Shown here: positions 1 to 13,780 of the stretch, piece by piece
How the letters are laid out: each line of letters opens with the position of its first letter
Numbering within the stretch: position 1 is the stretch's first letter
From: Octopus vulgaris
Lineage: Eukaryota
Direction of reading: 5' to 3'
DNA: 64,000 nucleotides
Assembly: GCA_951406725.2 (NCBI GenBank)
Contig: OX597818.1
Location: forward strand, 52,142,001-52,206,000
Position numbers and translations under genes: made by a program
The notes under the pieces: model-generated
Database searches by the model: none
The model's input: the letters and a program-made list of their open reading frames with translations, nothing else
Told to the model about the DNA's origin: nothing

Positions 1-626
1 GCCCGAAATTTGGTGGGAGGGCTCCAGTCGATTAGATCGACCTCAGTATGCAACTGGTACTTAATTTATCGACCCCGAAAGGAAGAAAGGCAAAGTCGAC
101 CTCGGCGGAATTTGAACTCCATAAAGACAGACGAAAAGACAGACGAAATACCTATTTCTTTATTACCCACAAGGGGCTAAACATAGAGGGGACAAACAAG
201 GACAGACGTAACTAGTACTTAATTTATCGACCCCGAAAGGAAGAAAGGCAAAGTCGACCTCGACGGAATTTGAACTCAGAACGTAAAGACTGACGAAATA
301 CCTATTTCTTTACTACCCACAAGGGGCTAAACACAGAGGGGACAAACAAGGACAGACATAGGTATTAAGTCGATTACATCGACCCCAGTGTGTAACTGGT
401 ACTTAATTTATCGACCCCGAAAGGATTAAAGGCAAAGACGACCTCGGCGGAATTTGAACTCAGAACGTAACGGCAGACGAAATACCTATTTCTTAATTAC
501 CCACAAGGGGCTAAACACAGAGGGGACAAACAAGGACAGACATAGGTATTAAGTCGATTACATCGACCCCAGTGCGCAACTGGTACTTTATTTATCGACC
601 CTGAAGTGATGAAAGGTAAAGTCGAG
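1..626 (-). mobile_element. SINE family A head-to-tail multimer (three tail-A units plus a terminal tail-B unit)
   Basis: Repeated B-box GAGTTCAAATTC and body CTTTGCCTTTCATCCTTTCGGGGTCGAT on the minus strand; junctions AAATAG|GTATTTCG at 151, 301 and 485. Confidence 0.9.
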
Positions 627-789
627 ACTTTGCTTGAGACTTTTCGGATCTGTCATATACGTACATCCATCTTTCATTGGTCAGACAAACAATTGACTCT
701 GCTTGAATTTACTTTGGTGCATTTACTCGTGATCCTTCGTACATTGTGGAATAAGAAATGAGTTTCTGACACACGGCATTCACAAAATG

Positions 790-945
790 TGTGATAAGTA
801 GCTTGCTTACGAACCACATGGTTCAGGGTTCGGTCTCACTGCGTGGCACCTTGGACAAGTGTCTTCTACTAATGTCTCGGACCAACCAAAGACTTGTGAG
901 TGGATTTGGTAGTCGGAAACTGAAAGAAGTCCGTCGTATATAACG
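790..945 (+). mobile_element. SINE family B, 5' part
   Basis: Matches the heads of full copies at 30131, 55283 and 63221 (GGTTCxGGGTTC...CCTTGGxCAAGTGTCTTCTACT). Confidence 0.8.
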
Positions 946-1225
946 CGTCTTAGCAAAACACAAAAATGCTCTGAATCATACAATCTGTCTGCAAATGCGC
1001 ACGCGCATTCAACTGCCATGGGTAAAATTATCTCCGTCCAATCAAAAAACAGCTGGCAGTCTATTGGCGTATCTAGCTGTACGCACGCACCGCGTACAAA
1101 TTTTTATGTTTTAGCGATTTTGAATACATATGCCCATAAATTATGGGCATAAGGGGTCATGTACTTAGAGCTTCGTATAATCTTTTCTACTCTAGGCACA
1201 AGGCCCTAAATTTGGTGGGAGAGGT

Positions 1226-1706
1226 CGTTTTGTCTTGGTATAAAAGATGGGCTACAGCAAATATTTTGCTCAATACCACAGAATTGCTTGTCAGTTGTTT
1301 GACCATAACCATTTGAGCATGTCCCTTAGTGGCTGATGATATGTGCATCTCTGATCACAAGCAGAAGTAGTCGGGGAGCATCATAACACTGTGTTCAGAG
1401 GAATTCTTAGAGGTTTGGATAATTCACCTTTGGAAACATGGGTGGTTAGTTTATCATCCTTAAACAATCCTTATTCAGGGACCTTTTGAGCGGGATGGGC
1501 TACTCGACTAGAAGAAAATTCTAACTGGGCCCCACCTGCAAGGTCATGCGCTGTTTATCTTGATATGAGATCACCATGTGGCGTACAGATGGTTGTGATG
1601 CATGTGCCTGGTGTGAGCTTATCAGACGGGTAGTCATGATGGGTATACTGGGCTTCGTATATTTTACCCCAGTGTCACTTTGATGGCTTGCACTGCTCTC
1701 TCACTC

Positions 1707-1752
<46 letters not shown>

Positions 1753-1770
1753 TTAATTATAATAATAATC
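1226..1770 (+). mobile_element. Non-LTR retroelement 3' segment ending in an (AAT)n tail
   Basis: A homologous segment occurs inverted at about 29676-29975; ends directly in (AAT)n. Confidence 0.65.
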
Positions 1771-2494
1771 CGGACAAAACGCTTAGTGGAATTTCTTCCT
1801 GTTTTACGTTCTGTGTTCAAATTCTACTGAAAGCGATCTTGCCTTTCATTCTTTCGGTGTCGTTGAATTAAGTACCAGTTGAATGATGGGGTCGATGTAA
1901 TTGTCTACACCCCACTCCAAAGTTTCAGGCCTGTAATAGAAAGGATTTATTAAGCCAGAGTAAAAAAGATCATTGGCCTTAGCTCTGGTAGGGCCTTTCA
2001 GATGTCCTTAGTATTCAGCCAGAACCTCAACAGTTTGATGTTTAAAGAAAACAACTGGTTGTATTCTATGAGGAAATTACATCTAGAGAAAAAATGATTG
2101 GGAAGTTATATTTAAAATGGCGTCTATGGGAGAAAGACAATGGCGTTGAATAAGCCGTGAACAGCAGACAATCTTGTCCATGGGTTCCTTTATGAATATA
2201 GGGTCCTATACACATGTAAGGAATTAATATTGTACATCCTATTGTGTTGGTCAGCTTTGTAAATAGTTAAATTAATCCAGTTGAACGATCTTCTATCTAT
2301 TAGAACTTCGTCAACAGATATGAATCTGTTTGCGAAATATTTAGTATTAACTCGACGCTTTTGTTCCTTTGTATATCAAGCGCCTATTTATAAGTCTCTC
2401 TCACACAGTCTTACAATTATTTCTTCCACACGCTAAATAGATAGACACTTACGCATGAAAACAAACACACACACTCATAACATGTGCAGATGAA

Positions 2495-2546
2495 CGTGTG
2501 TGTATGTGTGTGAGTGAGAGTGTGTGTGTGTGTGTGTATGTTTACA

Positions 2547-2589
<43 letters not shown>

Positions 2590-2837
2590 ACACAAACACA
2601 AACAAACATATATATAGTGTGTGTATATATATATAGTGTGTATATATTTATATATAGTGTATGTATATATAGTATATAGGTATATATATATATGTATATA
2701 TATACTGTATGTATGCATGTATATATGTATATATACATATCCATATATATACACACATATACATACGTATGCATATAGAAGGACATAAATATAGTGAAGC
2801 ATATATATAGGTATTTATATGCATATATATACATACA

Positions 2838-2883
<46 letters not shown>

Positions 2884-3377
2884 TATATAATTTTATATCT
2901 ATTTATGCACATGTATATATGTGTGTATATGCGCGTGTGTATATATATGTGTGTGTGTGTGTGTGTGTATATATGTGTGTATATAGGGGACGAGAGAGAG
3001 AGAGATGGAGGGTGGTAGCGAAAACAAGACAGAAAGATATGAATAATATATAAACGTTCCTTGGTCCATTTAGCTGTACAACACCGTATTTACTTGAATT
3101 TATCCACCATTGTCCATTATTATTATTAATAAGTTTGAAATTATTATCATCATTATTATTATTATCATTATCGATTTTTGATCAATTGATCTTGAGTACA
3201 TATTGACTTATTATGTTTTTCTGTTTGCAGATAATCCGCCAGCAGTTTTCGCACATCACTACACGACGTCTTGGGACACGCGGCCAATCAAAGTACGTCA
3301 GACATTTTGTTATGTTTAAAAAGCGTGGCTGTAATGAATTTGTTTAAAAATCAAAAGGACGGACATATGTGTTTGTT

Positions 3378-3428
<51 letters not shown>

Positions 3429-3827
3429 GTGTGTGTGTGTGTGTAAGAGAGGTATACAAACATAATACGATATACATATATTATATACTTACATTATTTA
3501 TATATATACATACATACGTACATGCATATATGTATACATACGTATACACGCGTGCGCACTCATATTTATGTATGTCTGTGTAGATAGGGAAGGAAAAATG
3601 AAGACACAAAAAACATCTAAGAATATATAAATAGCTATATATACATACACACATATATACATATACATGTATATATGTATATTTATATGTATATGCATGT
3701 ATATTCATACATACATACATACATATAATTATATATGCATGTATGTATGCATACATATTTATGTATATATATGTATATATATATTTATATATATATATAT
3801 ATTTTTACATGTATATATATTTATATA

Positions 3828-3873
<46 letters not shown>

Positions 3874-4168
3874 TATATATGCATGTATGTATGCATACAT
3901 ATTTATGTATATATATGTATATATATATATATTTATTTATTTATATATATATATATACATACATTTATATAAATATATGTATATGTATGTATATACATAT
4001 ATATAATATCATATTATATATATGTAAATACATATATATACATATGTGTTTGTTCGTATATACGTATCTATGTATGTATATATACCTATATGTAAACGTA
4101 TGTCTGTCTGTGTATAAATATGTATACGTATATCTATACGTATATATATTTACCTATGTATATATGTA

Positions 4169-4222
<54 letters not shown>

Positions 4223-4390
4223 TGTGTGTGTGTGTACATAATTGTAAACATACGTATGTGCATATGCATATACTTATATATATATATTCATGAGAATATG
4301 CAAATAAACGCGTATAGAGATAGGCAGATTGATACATAGATATACATATGTATACACACACATCTACGCACTGATATTCAAAGAACACTA
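2495..4390. repeat. Compound (TA)n/(TG)n/(TATG)n microsatellite fields flanking the first exon
   Basis: Directly visible dinucleotide runs; source of the YIYI/VCVC ORFs. Confidence 0.95.
3231..3292 (+). CDS. RFX4: RFX4-like transcription factor, first exon in window (end of RFX DNA-binding domain, IIRQQFSHITTRRLGTRGQSK)
   Basis: ttgcag acceptor and AA|gtacgt donor; translation contains the RFX DBD motif TRRLGTRGQSK. Earlier exons lie upstream of the window. Confidence 0.95.
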
Positions 4391-4835
4391 TTAAAAATAC
4401 TTCAAGTTCTTAAATATGAATATAAATAAATTTATCGTCCACACTCTTTAACTTATCGATTGACCTAGAAGGTAAAAATAATATTTGCCAAGAGTCTAGA
4501 CCCTCTACGAAGAGAAGAAAAGCACAACATAAAAACTGTTCTACTTTTTATCTATCTATTTATTTTTTTTTTCTTTATTTCTTTATTTAAGATCGTTCTT
4601 TTAATTTTTAAACGTTCTTCGATAAAAAAACAAATAATAATTGAGTGATATAAATATAATTTGATCGTTTAGCAAAGACTTAGTACAATTCGATATTTCG
4701 AAACAGAGTCAAGAACCTCGCTGGATAAATAAGTGTGTGTGTGTGTGTATACATACATACATATATATATATATATGTATTAGATATATTAAAATTACTA
4801 AGTTTCTTTAAAGGAGATTACGGCAGCGTTACTGG

Positions 4836-5035
4836 ATATTAATAGTTATCGCCATACTAATATGGCAGTCCATAAATATAAGACTAAAGCTGTCGCTGAT
4901 TAGCTCCAATGTAATGGACGCAGGTCCGTGTGTCATATAGCTAGCTAGAGGCGATGGCCTCTTGGAGCTAATCAGCGACAGCTTTAGTCTTATATTTATG
5001 GACTGCCATATTAGTATGGCGATAACTATTAATAT
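4836..5035. repeat. Perfect 74-bp inverted repeat with 52-bp spacer
   Basis: 4836-4909 is the exact reverse complement of 4962-5035. Confidence 0.92.
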
Positions 5036-5195
5036 ATATATATGTAAAAAAAATACAAACTGGGACAAGAACGCAAAACATTTAGAAGACGATACAAAAA
5101 ACACGGACGGGACATTCGAAGCCTTCAATCTTCAGTCAAGAACCGGACCATCCTCGCAATTTCGGCTGATTAATCTTGAGATTGCTCCAATCTGG

Positions 5196-5247
<52 letters not shown>

Positions 5248-5251
5248 TATA

Positions 5252-5338
<87 letters not shown>

Positions 5339-5342
<4 letters not shown>

Positions 5343-5439
5343 CGTTATATAATTAGGGTTCAGTAAAATAATTTACTGTAAGTAAATTAGTAAGTAAATA
5401 AGTAAATTATTTTACTGAACCCTAATTATATAACGTAAT
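5339..5439. repeat. 39-bp inverted repeat next to (TA)n
   Basis: ATTACGTTATATAATTAGGGTTCAGTAAAATAATTTACT and its reverse complement at 5401-5439. Confidence 0.9.
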
Positions 5440-5483
5440 GTTTTAAATATACCGTAAATGGTCTTTTTACATATATATGTATA

Positions 5484-5993
5484 TCTATATATAGAAAACT
5501 GTAGTTGTGTGGGTGTCTGTCCCCTTCGATTTAGATTCCTAACTACTCCCACATTTTGCGGTGCAGTTTAACCAAATTCGGGTATCTTATAGTCGTGATT
5601 AATATCGAGCCCGTCTGGCTATTAGCGCGCGTCAACGATGAGTCTACGATTTTAAAAATAATTTAACATCATTTTTTATTCCATTTTAATGCATAATTTT
5701 TCGTGTGTCGATGGCGGCGGAGTTAGCGTCCACGCTCACAGCTGCACCTGTTTGCTTCTCCCCCTTCCCACCCTCGTGAAGCTGTGGGGAAGGGAGTGTA
5801 AGGAAATCAACGTCGTAATGCGTTGTCAAGGAGACCAGCGTTCTTTCAGAACAACGACTTCATGGCTTGAAGACACCAAAACAGAAATGGCTAAGAAAGC
5901 CCGAATTGGCATCTATAAGGGAAGTAACTCTCTAAAAATGCTTATATAGTTATTTCCCTTACAAACCCGAGCAACGCCGGGCGATACTGCTAG
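5484..5993 (+). mobile_element. Non-autonomous Helitron
   Basis: 5' A|TC start, 3' CCCGAGCAACGCCGGG hairpin followed by CTAG; no TSD. Confidence 0.85.
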
Positions 5994-6293
5994 TCTTTAT
6001 ATATAAAAGTGAAGTTGTGTGTCTGTCTCCTACGATTTAGATTCCTAACTACTCCCACATTTTGCGGTGCAGTTTAACCAAAAGCGGGTATCTTATAGTC
6101 GTGATTAACATTGAGCCCTTCTGGGTATTAGCGCGCGTCTACGATGAGTCTACGATTTTAAAAAAAATTACCATCATTTTTTTCCCATTTTTAATGCATT
6201 TTTTTTGCTATTATATAAGGGAAGTAACTCTCTAAAAATGCTTATATAGTTATTTCCCTTACAAACCCGAGCAACGCCGGGCGATACTGCTAG
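5994..6293 (+). mobile_element. Non-autonomous Helitron, head-to-tail with the previous copy
   Basis: Starts with TC right after the previous CTAG; same 3' hairpin and CTAG|T; a close relative of 51499-51894. Confidence 0.88.
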
Positions 6294-6354
6294 TATATAT
6301 ATAAACTACTTCTCAGTATAGTTACTGCTTTCATCACTTTTAGAGATTTTCTAA

Positions 6355-6393
<39 letters not shown>

Positions 6394-6438
6394 AACACAT
6401 ATGCAAACACGTAACTGTCTCTTTATATTGTTCTTCAG

Positions 6439-6516
6439 ATACCATTATTATGGAATTGGTGTGAAAGAAACTTCCCATTATTACGATGCTATGTATTCTG
6501 CCAAAAATGTCCAAGG
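6439..6516 (+). CDS. RFX4: RFX4-like exon (K-YHYYGIGVKETSHYYDAMYSAKNVQG)
   Basis: ttcttcag acceptor, GG|gtaaga donor; completes the DBD motif SKYHYYGI; phase matches the previous exon. Confidence 0.95.
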
Positions 6517-6649
6517 GTAAGAAATTGTTTACCTTTATTTTTGTCAGCAGCAATTGTTAGAATTCCAGAGACTTCTTTAATTTTCATCCTTGCTGCTTTT
6601 ATTTCTAATAGAACTTCTGGCCAAGTAACGATTCAACCAATATTCGCCC

Positions 6650-6683
<34 letters not shown>

Positions 6684-6872
6684 CATAATCATAATAATAA
6701 TAATAATAATGATAATAATAATCATAACAAGAATAATAATAATAATAATAATAATCATCATCATAACAATAATAATAATAATCATCATCATCAACATAAC
6801 AATAATAATCATAACAATAATAATCATATTAATGATAATAATAATAATGATAACCATGATAATCATAACAAC

Positions 6873-6925
<53 letters not shown>

Positions 6926-7008
6926 TAACAATAATGATAATAATGTCATCGGCGCATTCAGTTCAATACCACCTTAACAACAGCAACAACTACTGCTGCT
7001 GCTGCTAG

Positions 7009-7050
<42 letters not shown>

Positions 7051-7090
7051 CACTACTACAACTACTACCACTACTACTACTACTACTACT
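6650..7090. repeat. (AAT/ATC)n and (ACT)n trinucleotide fields
   Basis: Directly visible. Confidence 0.95.
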
Positions 7091-7205
7091 GAAGAGTTAG
7101 TGATAGCGATTGAGAAATTGTAAAATGCCTCTTATGGATATTTATTTCACATATTTTCTAACTTTGTCAAAGATTTCTTTTCATCTTTGTCTCTTTCTAT
7201 TTCAG

Positions 7206-7239
7206 TTATGGAAACGGCAAACGTGAGACGTCGAGACAG
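7206..7239 (+). CDS. RFX4: RFX4-like 34-nt micro-exon (G-YGNGKRETSRQ)
   Basis: Polypyrimidine tract plus ttcag acceptor, consensus CAG|gtaagt donor; needed to convert phase 2 to phase 0; resembles vertebrate RFX4 GKKEVSKQ. Confidence 0.88.
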
Positions 7240-7774
7240 GTAAGTACTACCCAGATATCGTTAACCAACAAATGCGCAGCTACAATATATTCAGGTGCAA
7301 GATCGATCTTTCCGGAACCTTTGGTTCCGAAGCCATTCTGGATCATTGATTTTCCCGAACTAGGGTGGTCTCGTTGCTCAATACACTCTAAATTAAATAA
7401 ATATTAAATTTACTTGAATAATTAAATGAAATACAGGTGCCAGTACACTAGTATAAATGATATATGTTTATTAATACTGTAATGTGTAAGATACTAGTTT
7501 TGCAAGGTACTAATAAACTAGTGTGGGATCTAATTTCCGATCTATTTTCCGATAAATCCAAATTAAAATGAACGGCATTCTGGATGATATATCCCTAGAT
7601 ACACCATGTTGGATGGTCGTGTATAGAACACATTTGGACATGCAAATGGCCAAATAGTGTTGGTCATGGTAGGATTGAAAAAAAAACAATAGCAATAGCA
7701 AGACAGCAAGTTATATAGTACGAATAAGCAGCACTCAATAATCACAAATAAATCACATCATTATTACCTTTATA

Positions 7775-8336
7775 TTGGGTTGTCCGAAAATTCGTGCTGA
7801 TAGCAGCTTACCTTTCGACTTATTTTAGAACATAGTTGAGTCCATAAAATAGGATTTCACTACACCTCCATTTAGAGCACAGTTTAAGCTACCTTTTCGT
7901 GGAAGAAGGTTTATGTTCCTTTAACCTGTGTTAATTTTGTAACCCTTTAAAATGGAAGATAACAAAGTTCATTTTCGGCACTTGATGCTTTGGGAACCAG
8001 ACAAAAATTGCTGCAGCTCGGCTGGGATGTGTTACCCCCACCCTCCATATTCACCAGATATTGCTCCTTCGGATTTCCACTTATTCATGTCTCTGCAGAA
8101 TAGTCTTAATGGTAAAAATTTCAGTTCCTTGGATGACGTAAAATGATACTTTAATGAATTCTTTGCCATGAAACCACCTCAATTCTGAGAACAGGGTATT
8201 TTCAAGTTAAAGGAAAGATGGAGACGCATTGTACAACAAAATGGTTCATATTTGGTTGATTAAAATTGTAACGGCAAGTATTTATTGACCTTTATCTTTC
8301 CTTTAAAAATCAGCACGAACTTTCCGGACAACCCAA
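7775..8336 (+). mobile_element. Internally deleted Tc1/mariner element (non-autonomous)
   Basis: TIRs TTGGGTTGTCCG.../...CGGACAACCCAA flanked by TA; remnant transposase HPPYSPDIAPSDFHLF with the mariner YSPD motif. Confidence 0.93.
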
Positions 8337-8340
8337 TATA

Positions 8341-8515
8341 AGGCAGCGGGCTGGCAGAATCGTTAGCACGCCGGGCGAAATGCCATCACTTACACTCTGA
8401 GTTCAAATTCCGCCGGGGTCGATAAAATAAGTACCAGTCTCATACTGAGACTGACGTAATCGACTAGCCCCCTCCCCTCTAATTTCAGGCCTTATGCCTA
8501 TAGCAGAAAGGATTA
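8341..8515 (+). mobile_element. SINE family A, internally deleted, tail B
   Basis: A-box TGGCAGAATCGTTAG, B-box GAGTTCAAATTC, tail ...GGCCTTATGCCTATAGCAGAAAGG. Confidence 0.8.
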
Positions 8516-8584
8516 TTACGTTTATATATAAAAACTAATCTTATATTTCCCACTCTTTTTCAACAGGATGTTCCCTATCTGCAG

Positions 8585-8683
8585 ATTATGGCTTTCTCTC
8601 CTAGGTCGAAATTGGGCACATTACTTCCAGACTTTCCTGATATCAAGGATTTAAAGTTGCCTCCGAACGTGCCAGAAGACAAA
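8585..8683 (+). CDS. RFX4: RFX4-like exon (IMAFSPRSKLGTLLPDFPDIKDLKLPPNVPEDK); alternative in-frame start at 8567
   Basis: SPRSKLGTLLPxFP is an RFX4/6 signature; donor AAA|gttaga; two in-frame AG acceptors ending at 8566 and 8584. Confidence 0.9.
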
Positions 8684-8844
8684 GTTAGAATTTTGCTGAA
8701 TTTTTTCGACTTGTTTATTCTCTCAAAAATAAAAGAAAAAAGCCTAATTGATACATCATATTACTACTAATATATAAACAATACAAGTTTTCAAACTTTT
8801 AACCCTGCTTCTCTAAGTATTACTACGACCATATGTGATATGAG

Positions 8845-10375
<1,531 letters not shown>

Positions 10376-10376
10376 A

Positions 10377-11020
10377 AGGCGACGAGCTGGCAGAATTATT
10401 AGTACGCCGGGTAAAATGCTTAGCAGCATTTCGTTCGTTTTTACTTTCTGAGTTCAAATTCTGCCGAGGTCGACTTTGCCTTTCATTCTTTCGGGGTCGA
10501 TTAAATAAGTACCAGTTACGCTCTGGGGTCGATATAATCGACTTAATCCGTTCGTCTGTCCTTGTTTGTCCCCTCTGTGTTTGGCCCCTTGTGGGTAGTA
10601 AAGAAATAGGTATTTCGTCTGCCGTTACGTTCTGAGTTCAAATTCAACCGAGGTCGACTTTGCCTTTTATCCTTTCGGGATCGATAAATTAAGCACCAGT
10701 GAAACACTGGAGTCGATGTAATCTATTTCTTTACTACCCACAAGGGGCTAAACACAGAGGGGACAAACAAGGACAGACAAACGGATTAAGTCGATTACAT
10801 CGACCCCAGTGCATAACTGGTACTTAATTTATCGACCTCGAATGGATGAAAGGCAAAGTCGACCTCGGCGGAATTTGAACTCAGAACGTAACGCAGACGA
10901 ATTACGGCTACGCATTTCGCCCGGCGTGCTAACGTTTCTGCCAGCTCGCTGCCTGGAGTCGATGTAATCGATTAGCCCCCCCCCGAATTTCAGGCCTTGT
11001 GTCTTTAGTAGAAAGGATTA
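10377..11020 (+). mobile_element. SINE family A dimer with a nested antisense SINE A (10724-10952)
   Basis: Junction AAATAG|GTATTTCG at 10609; the nested copy is flanked by a 17-bp TSD CTGGAGTCGATGTAATC (10707-10723, 10953-10969). Confidence 0.9.
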
Positions 11021-11083
11021 TCATTATCATCATCATTGTCGTTGTCGTTGTTCTTATCATGTAACCTTTTGTTTTTTTGGCAG

Positions 11084-11161
11084 GTATTGACATTTCTCAT
11101 GATGTACCGAACACACTGCCAGCGCATCCTTGACACGGTCATCCGGGCAAATTTTGACGAG
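11084..11161 (+). CDS. RFX4: RFX4-like exon, domain B (VLTFLMMYRTHCQRILDTVIRANFDE)
   Basis: Nearly identical to vertebrate RFX4 MMYRTHCQRILDTVIRANFDE; ggcag acceptor, GAG|gtcagt donor. Confidence 0.97.
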
Positions 11162-11439
11162 GTCAGTGATACCGTCCATCTGAATCGGGAGATACTGCCA
11201 AATGTAATTAATAGTTTTGGTACAAGCCTTCTTGTAATCAAAGCTGCATACGAAAGCATGCATGCATGCATGTGTGTATGAACGTATGTACGAATGCTTG
11301 TATCTATGTATTTATATCTAAGCTTGTATCTATGTATCTATATCTAAGCTTGTATCTATGTATCTATATCTAAGCTACAGTTTCCACGTACACATACAAA
11401 AGTACGCAGATACACGCCTATATATACATAGGTGCACCA

Positions 11440-11857
11440 AGGTGGCGAGCTGGCAGAAACGTTAGCACGCCGGGCAAAATGCTTAGCGGTATTTCGTCTG
11501 CCGTTACGTTGTGAGTTCGAATTCCGCCGAGGTCGACTTTGCCTTTCATCCTTTCGGGGTCAATAAATTAAGTACCAGTTATGCACTGGGGGCGATGTAA
11601 TCGACTTAATACCTATGTCTGTCCTTGTTTGTCCCCTCTGTGTTTAGCCCCTTGTGGGTAATAAAGAAATAGAAATAGGTATTTCGTCTGCGTTACGTTG
11701 TGAGTTCGAATTCCGCAGAGGTCGACTTTGCCTTTCATCCTTTCGGGGTCGATAAATTAAGTACCAGTTACGCACTGGGGTCGATGTAATCGACTTAATA
11801 CCTATGTCTGTCCTTGTTTGTCCCCTCTGTGTTTAGCCCCTTGTGGGTAAAGAAATA
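11440..11857 (+). mobile_element. SINE family A dimer
   Basis: Full tRNA-like head, two bodies, junction AAATAGAAATAG|GTATTTCG at 11678. Confidence 0.9.
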
Positions 11858-12099
11858 AATGTGTATATATATATATGTATGATTGTATGGTTGGCTGGAT
11901 GGATGGCTGCCTAGATGTGTGTATGTGTTTGTATACATATATGTGCATGGATATTTGTGCTTGTAAATATGTTTCTGTGTCATGCTTTTCTTCAGTTTAC
12001 ACGTACACTCGCATACATCGATTAATATATTCGTATTAGCCATGAGAAAGTTATTTATTTATATATGTATAATGTATGCATACGCATACATTCAGTTCT

Positions 12100-12295
12100 A
12101 TATTTTAGAGATGAGGAATTATGCACATTATTTACAATTGACGGATATTTGTCGTCATCTTGTTTGTTGTTAATACAACGTTTCGGCTGATATATCCTCC
12201 AGCCTTCATCAGGTGTAAATAACGTAAATAATGTACGCATACATTATGTACACATACATAAAAACAGACACATATATATTCATGCATGCATACAG

Positions 12296-12356
<61 letters not shown>

Positions 12357-12832
12357 CACTCACATATATATATTAGAAGAAATGAGGTACTCAGAAATTT
12401 GGATGGTTTTATATTTACAGATATTTATTTGTATATTACATGTTTTTATACATCATATAACTTAGATCATATAATATTAGGGAGTATAACTCCAAACTTA
12501 CAGGGAAAAATTCAATTTAGTATTATATAAAATTTCACAATATAAATATATAATATATATAAATTAGAGAAAAACCACTATTATGCAATTCAAACAATGA
12601 TAGACATAAACCAAATCATAAATAAAAAATAAAATATATTTTTTTTAAACATATAACTAGATTACAAATGTACAAAATAATGGATAAACAATATCTACTT
12701 ATTATGTATTGTTAATTCATTTTTGTAATTTTTGTGATCTAGTTATATGTTTAAAAAAAAAATTTTATTTTTTATTTATGATTTGGTTTATGTCTATCAT
12801 TGTTTGAATTGCATAATAGTGGTTTTTCTCTA

Positions 12833-12879
<47 letters not shown>

Positions 12880-13742
12880 AAGAGAGAGAGAGAATTGTAT
12901 AGGGTAGAATCATACTTAAGAGTACAAAAGCCATCATGCCTTTATGCTGAAAGACGCTGAATACGTCCAACTACTTCAAATATTCACTCCACATATATTT
13001 TACACACTTAGAAGCGGGAAAGCGTCTTTATTCAGCATATAGGCATGATGGCTTTTGAGCCCTTAAGTATAATTGTGCCCTAAACAATTATATGTCTCTA
13101 TAAATGTATTTTACCTAAAAGGTTTTTTTTCCATATGCTGGTCACTGGTAAAAGCCATTAATTTTAACGATTTTATCCTTTAATTATGTTATATATATAT
13201 ATATATATATCACCACCGTGACCAACCAGGCTATTAGATGTTGCTACACATCGCTGGTCACAATGCACTTCGCATTGTTTTAGCCTTCAAATAACGCCAC
13301 CCCGCTGGCTAAGCGAGCAGGCCATATATATATAAAATCAAAATAAGCAACAAGTATATCCAAGGTAGAGTAGTACAATTGTTTCATGCTACTTCATTTT
13401 ATTAAACACTGTAAGTATTACATCAGTTTTAAAATGTCGAGCAATCTTCAGCCACATATAGAATTTTACAATTAAATGGACAATGCACATTCTTATCCCT
13501 ATTTCATTTGCCAACATTATAAAGAGGGTAGATATATAGACACAGAGGTTGATTTCATTCTTAAGAACATGATAGTAGCATGAAATGGAGTAGCATGAAA
13601 CAATTGTACTACTCTACCTTGGATATACTTGTTGCTTATTTTGATTATAATCACTCCATTTGATTTATATGGATAATACCATACAAAATTCTGGTGCCTT
13701 TAACTTAAGTACCATATTCCTCTGAATCTAAATTTTGCTGAA

Positions 13743-13780
<38 letters not shown>

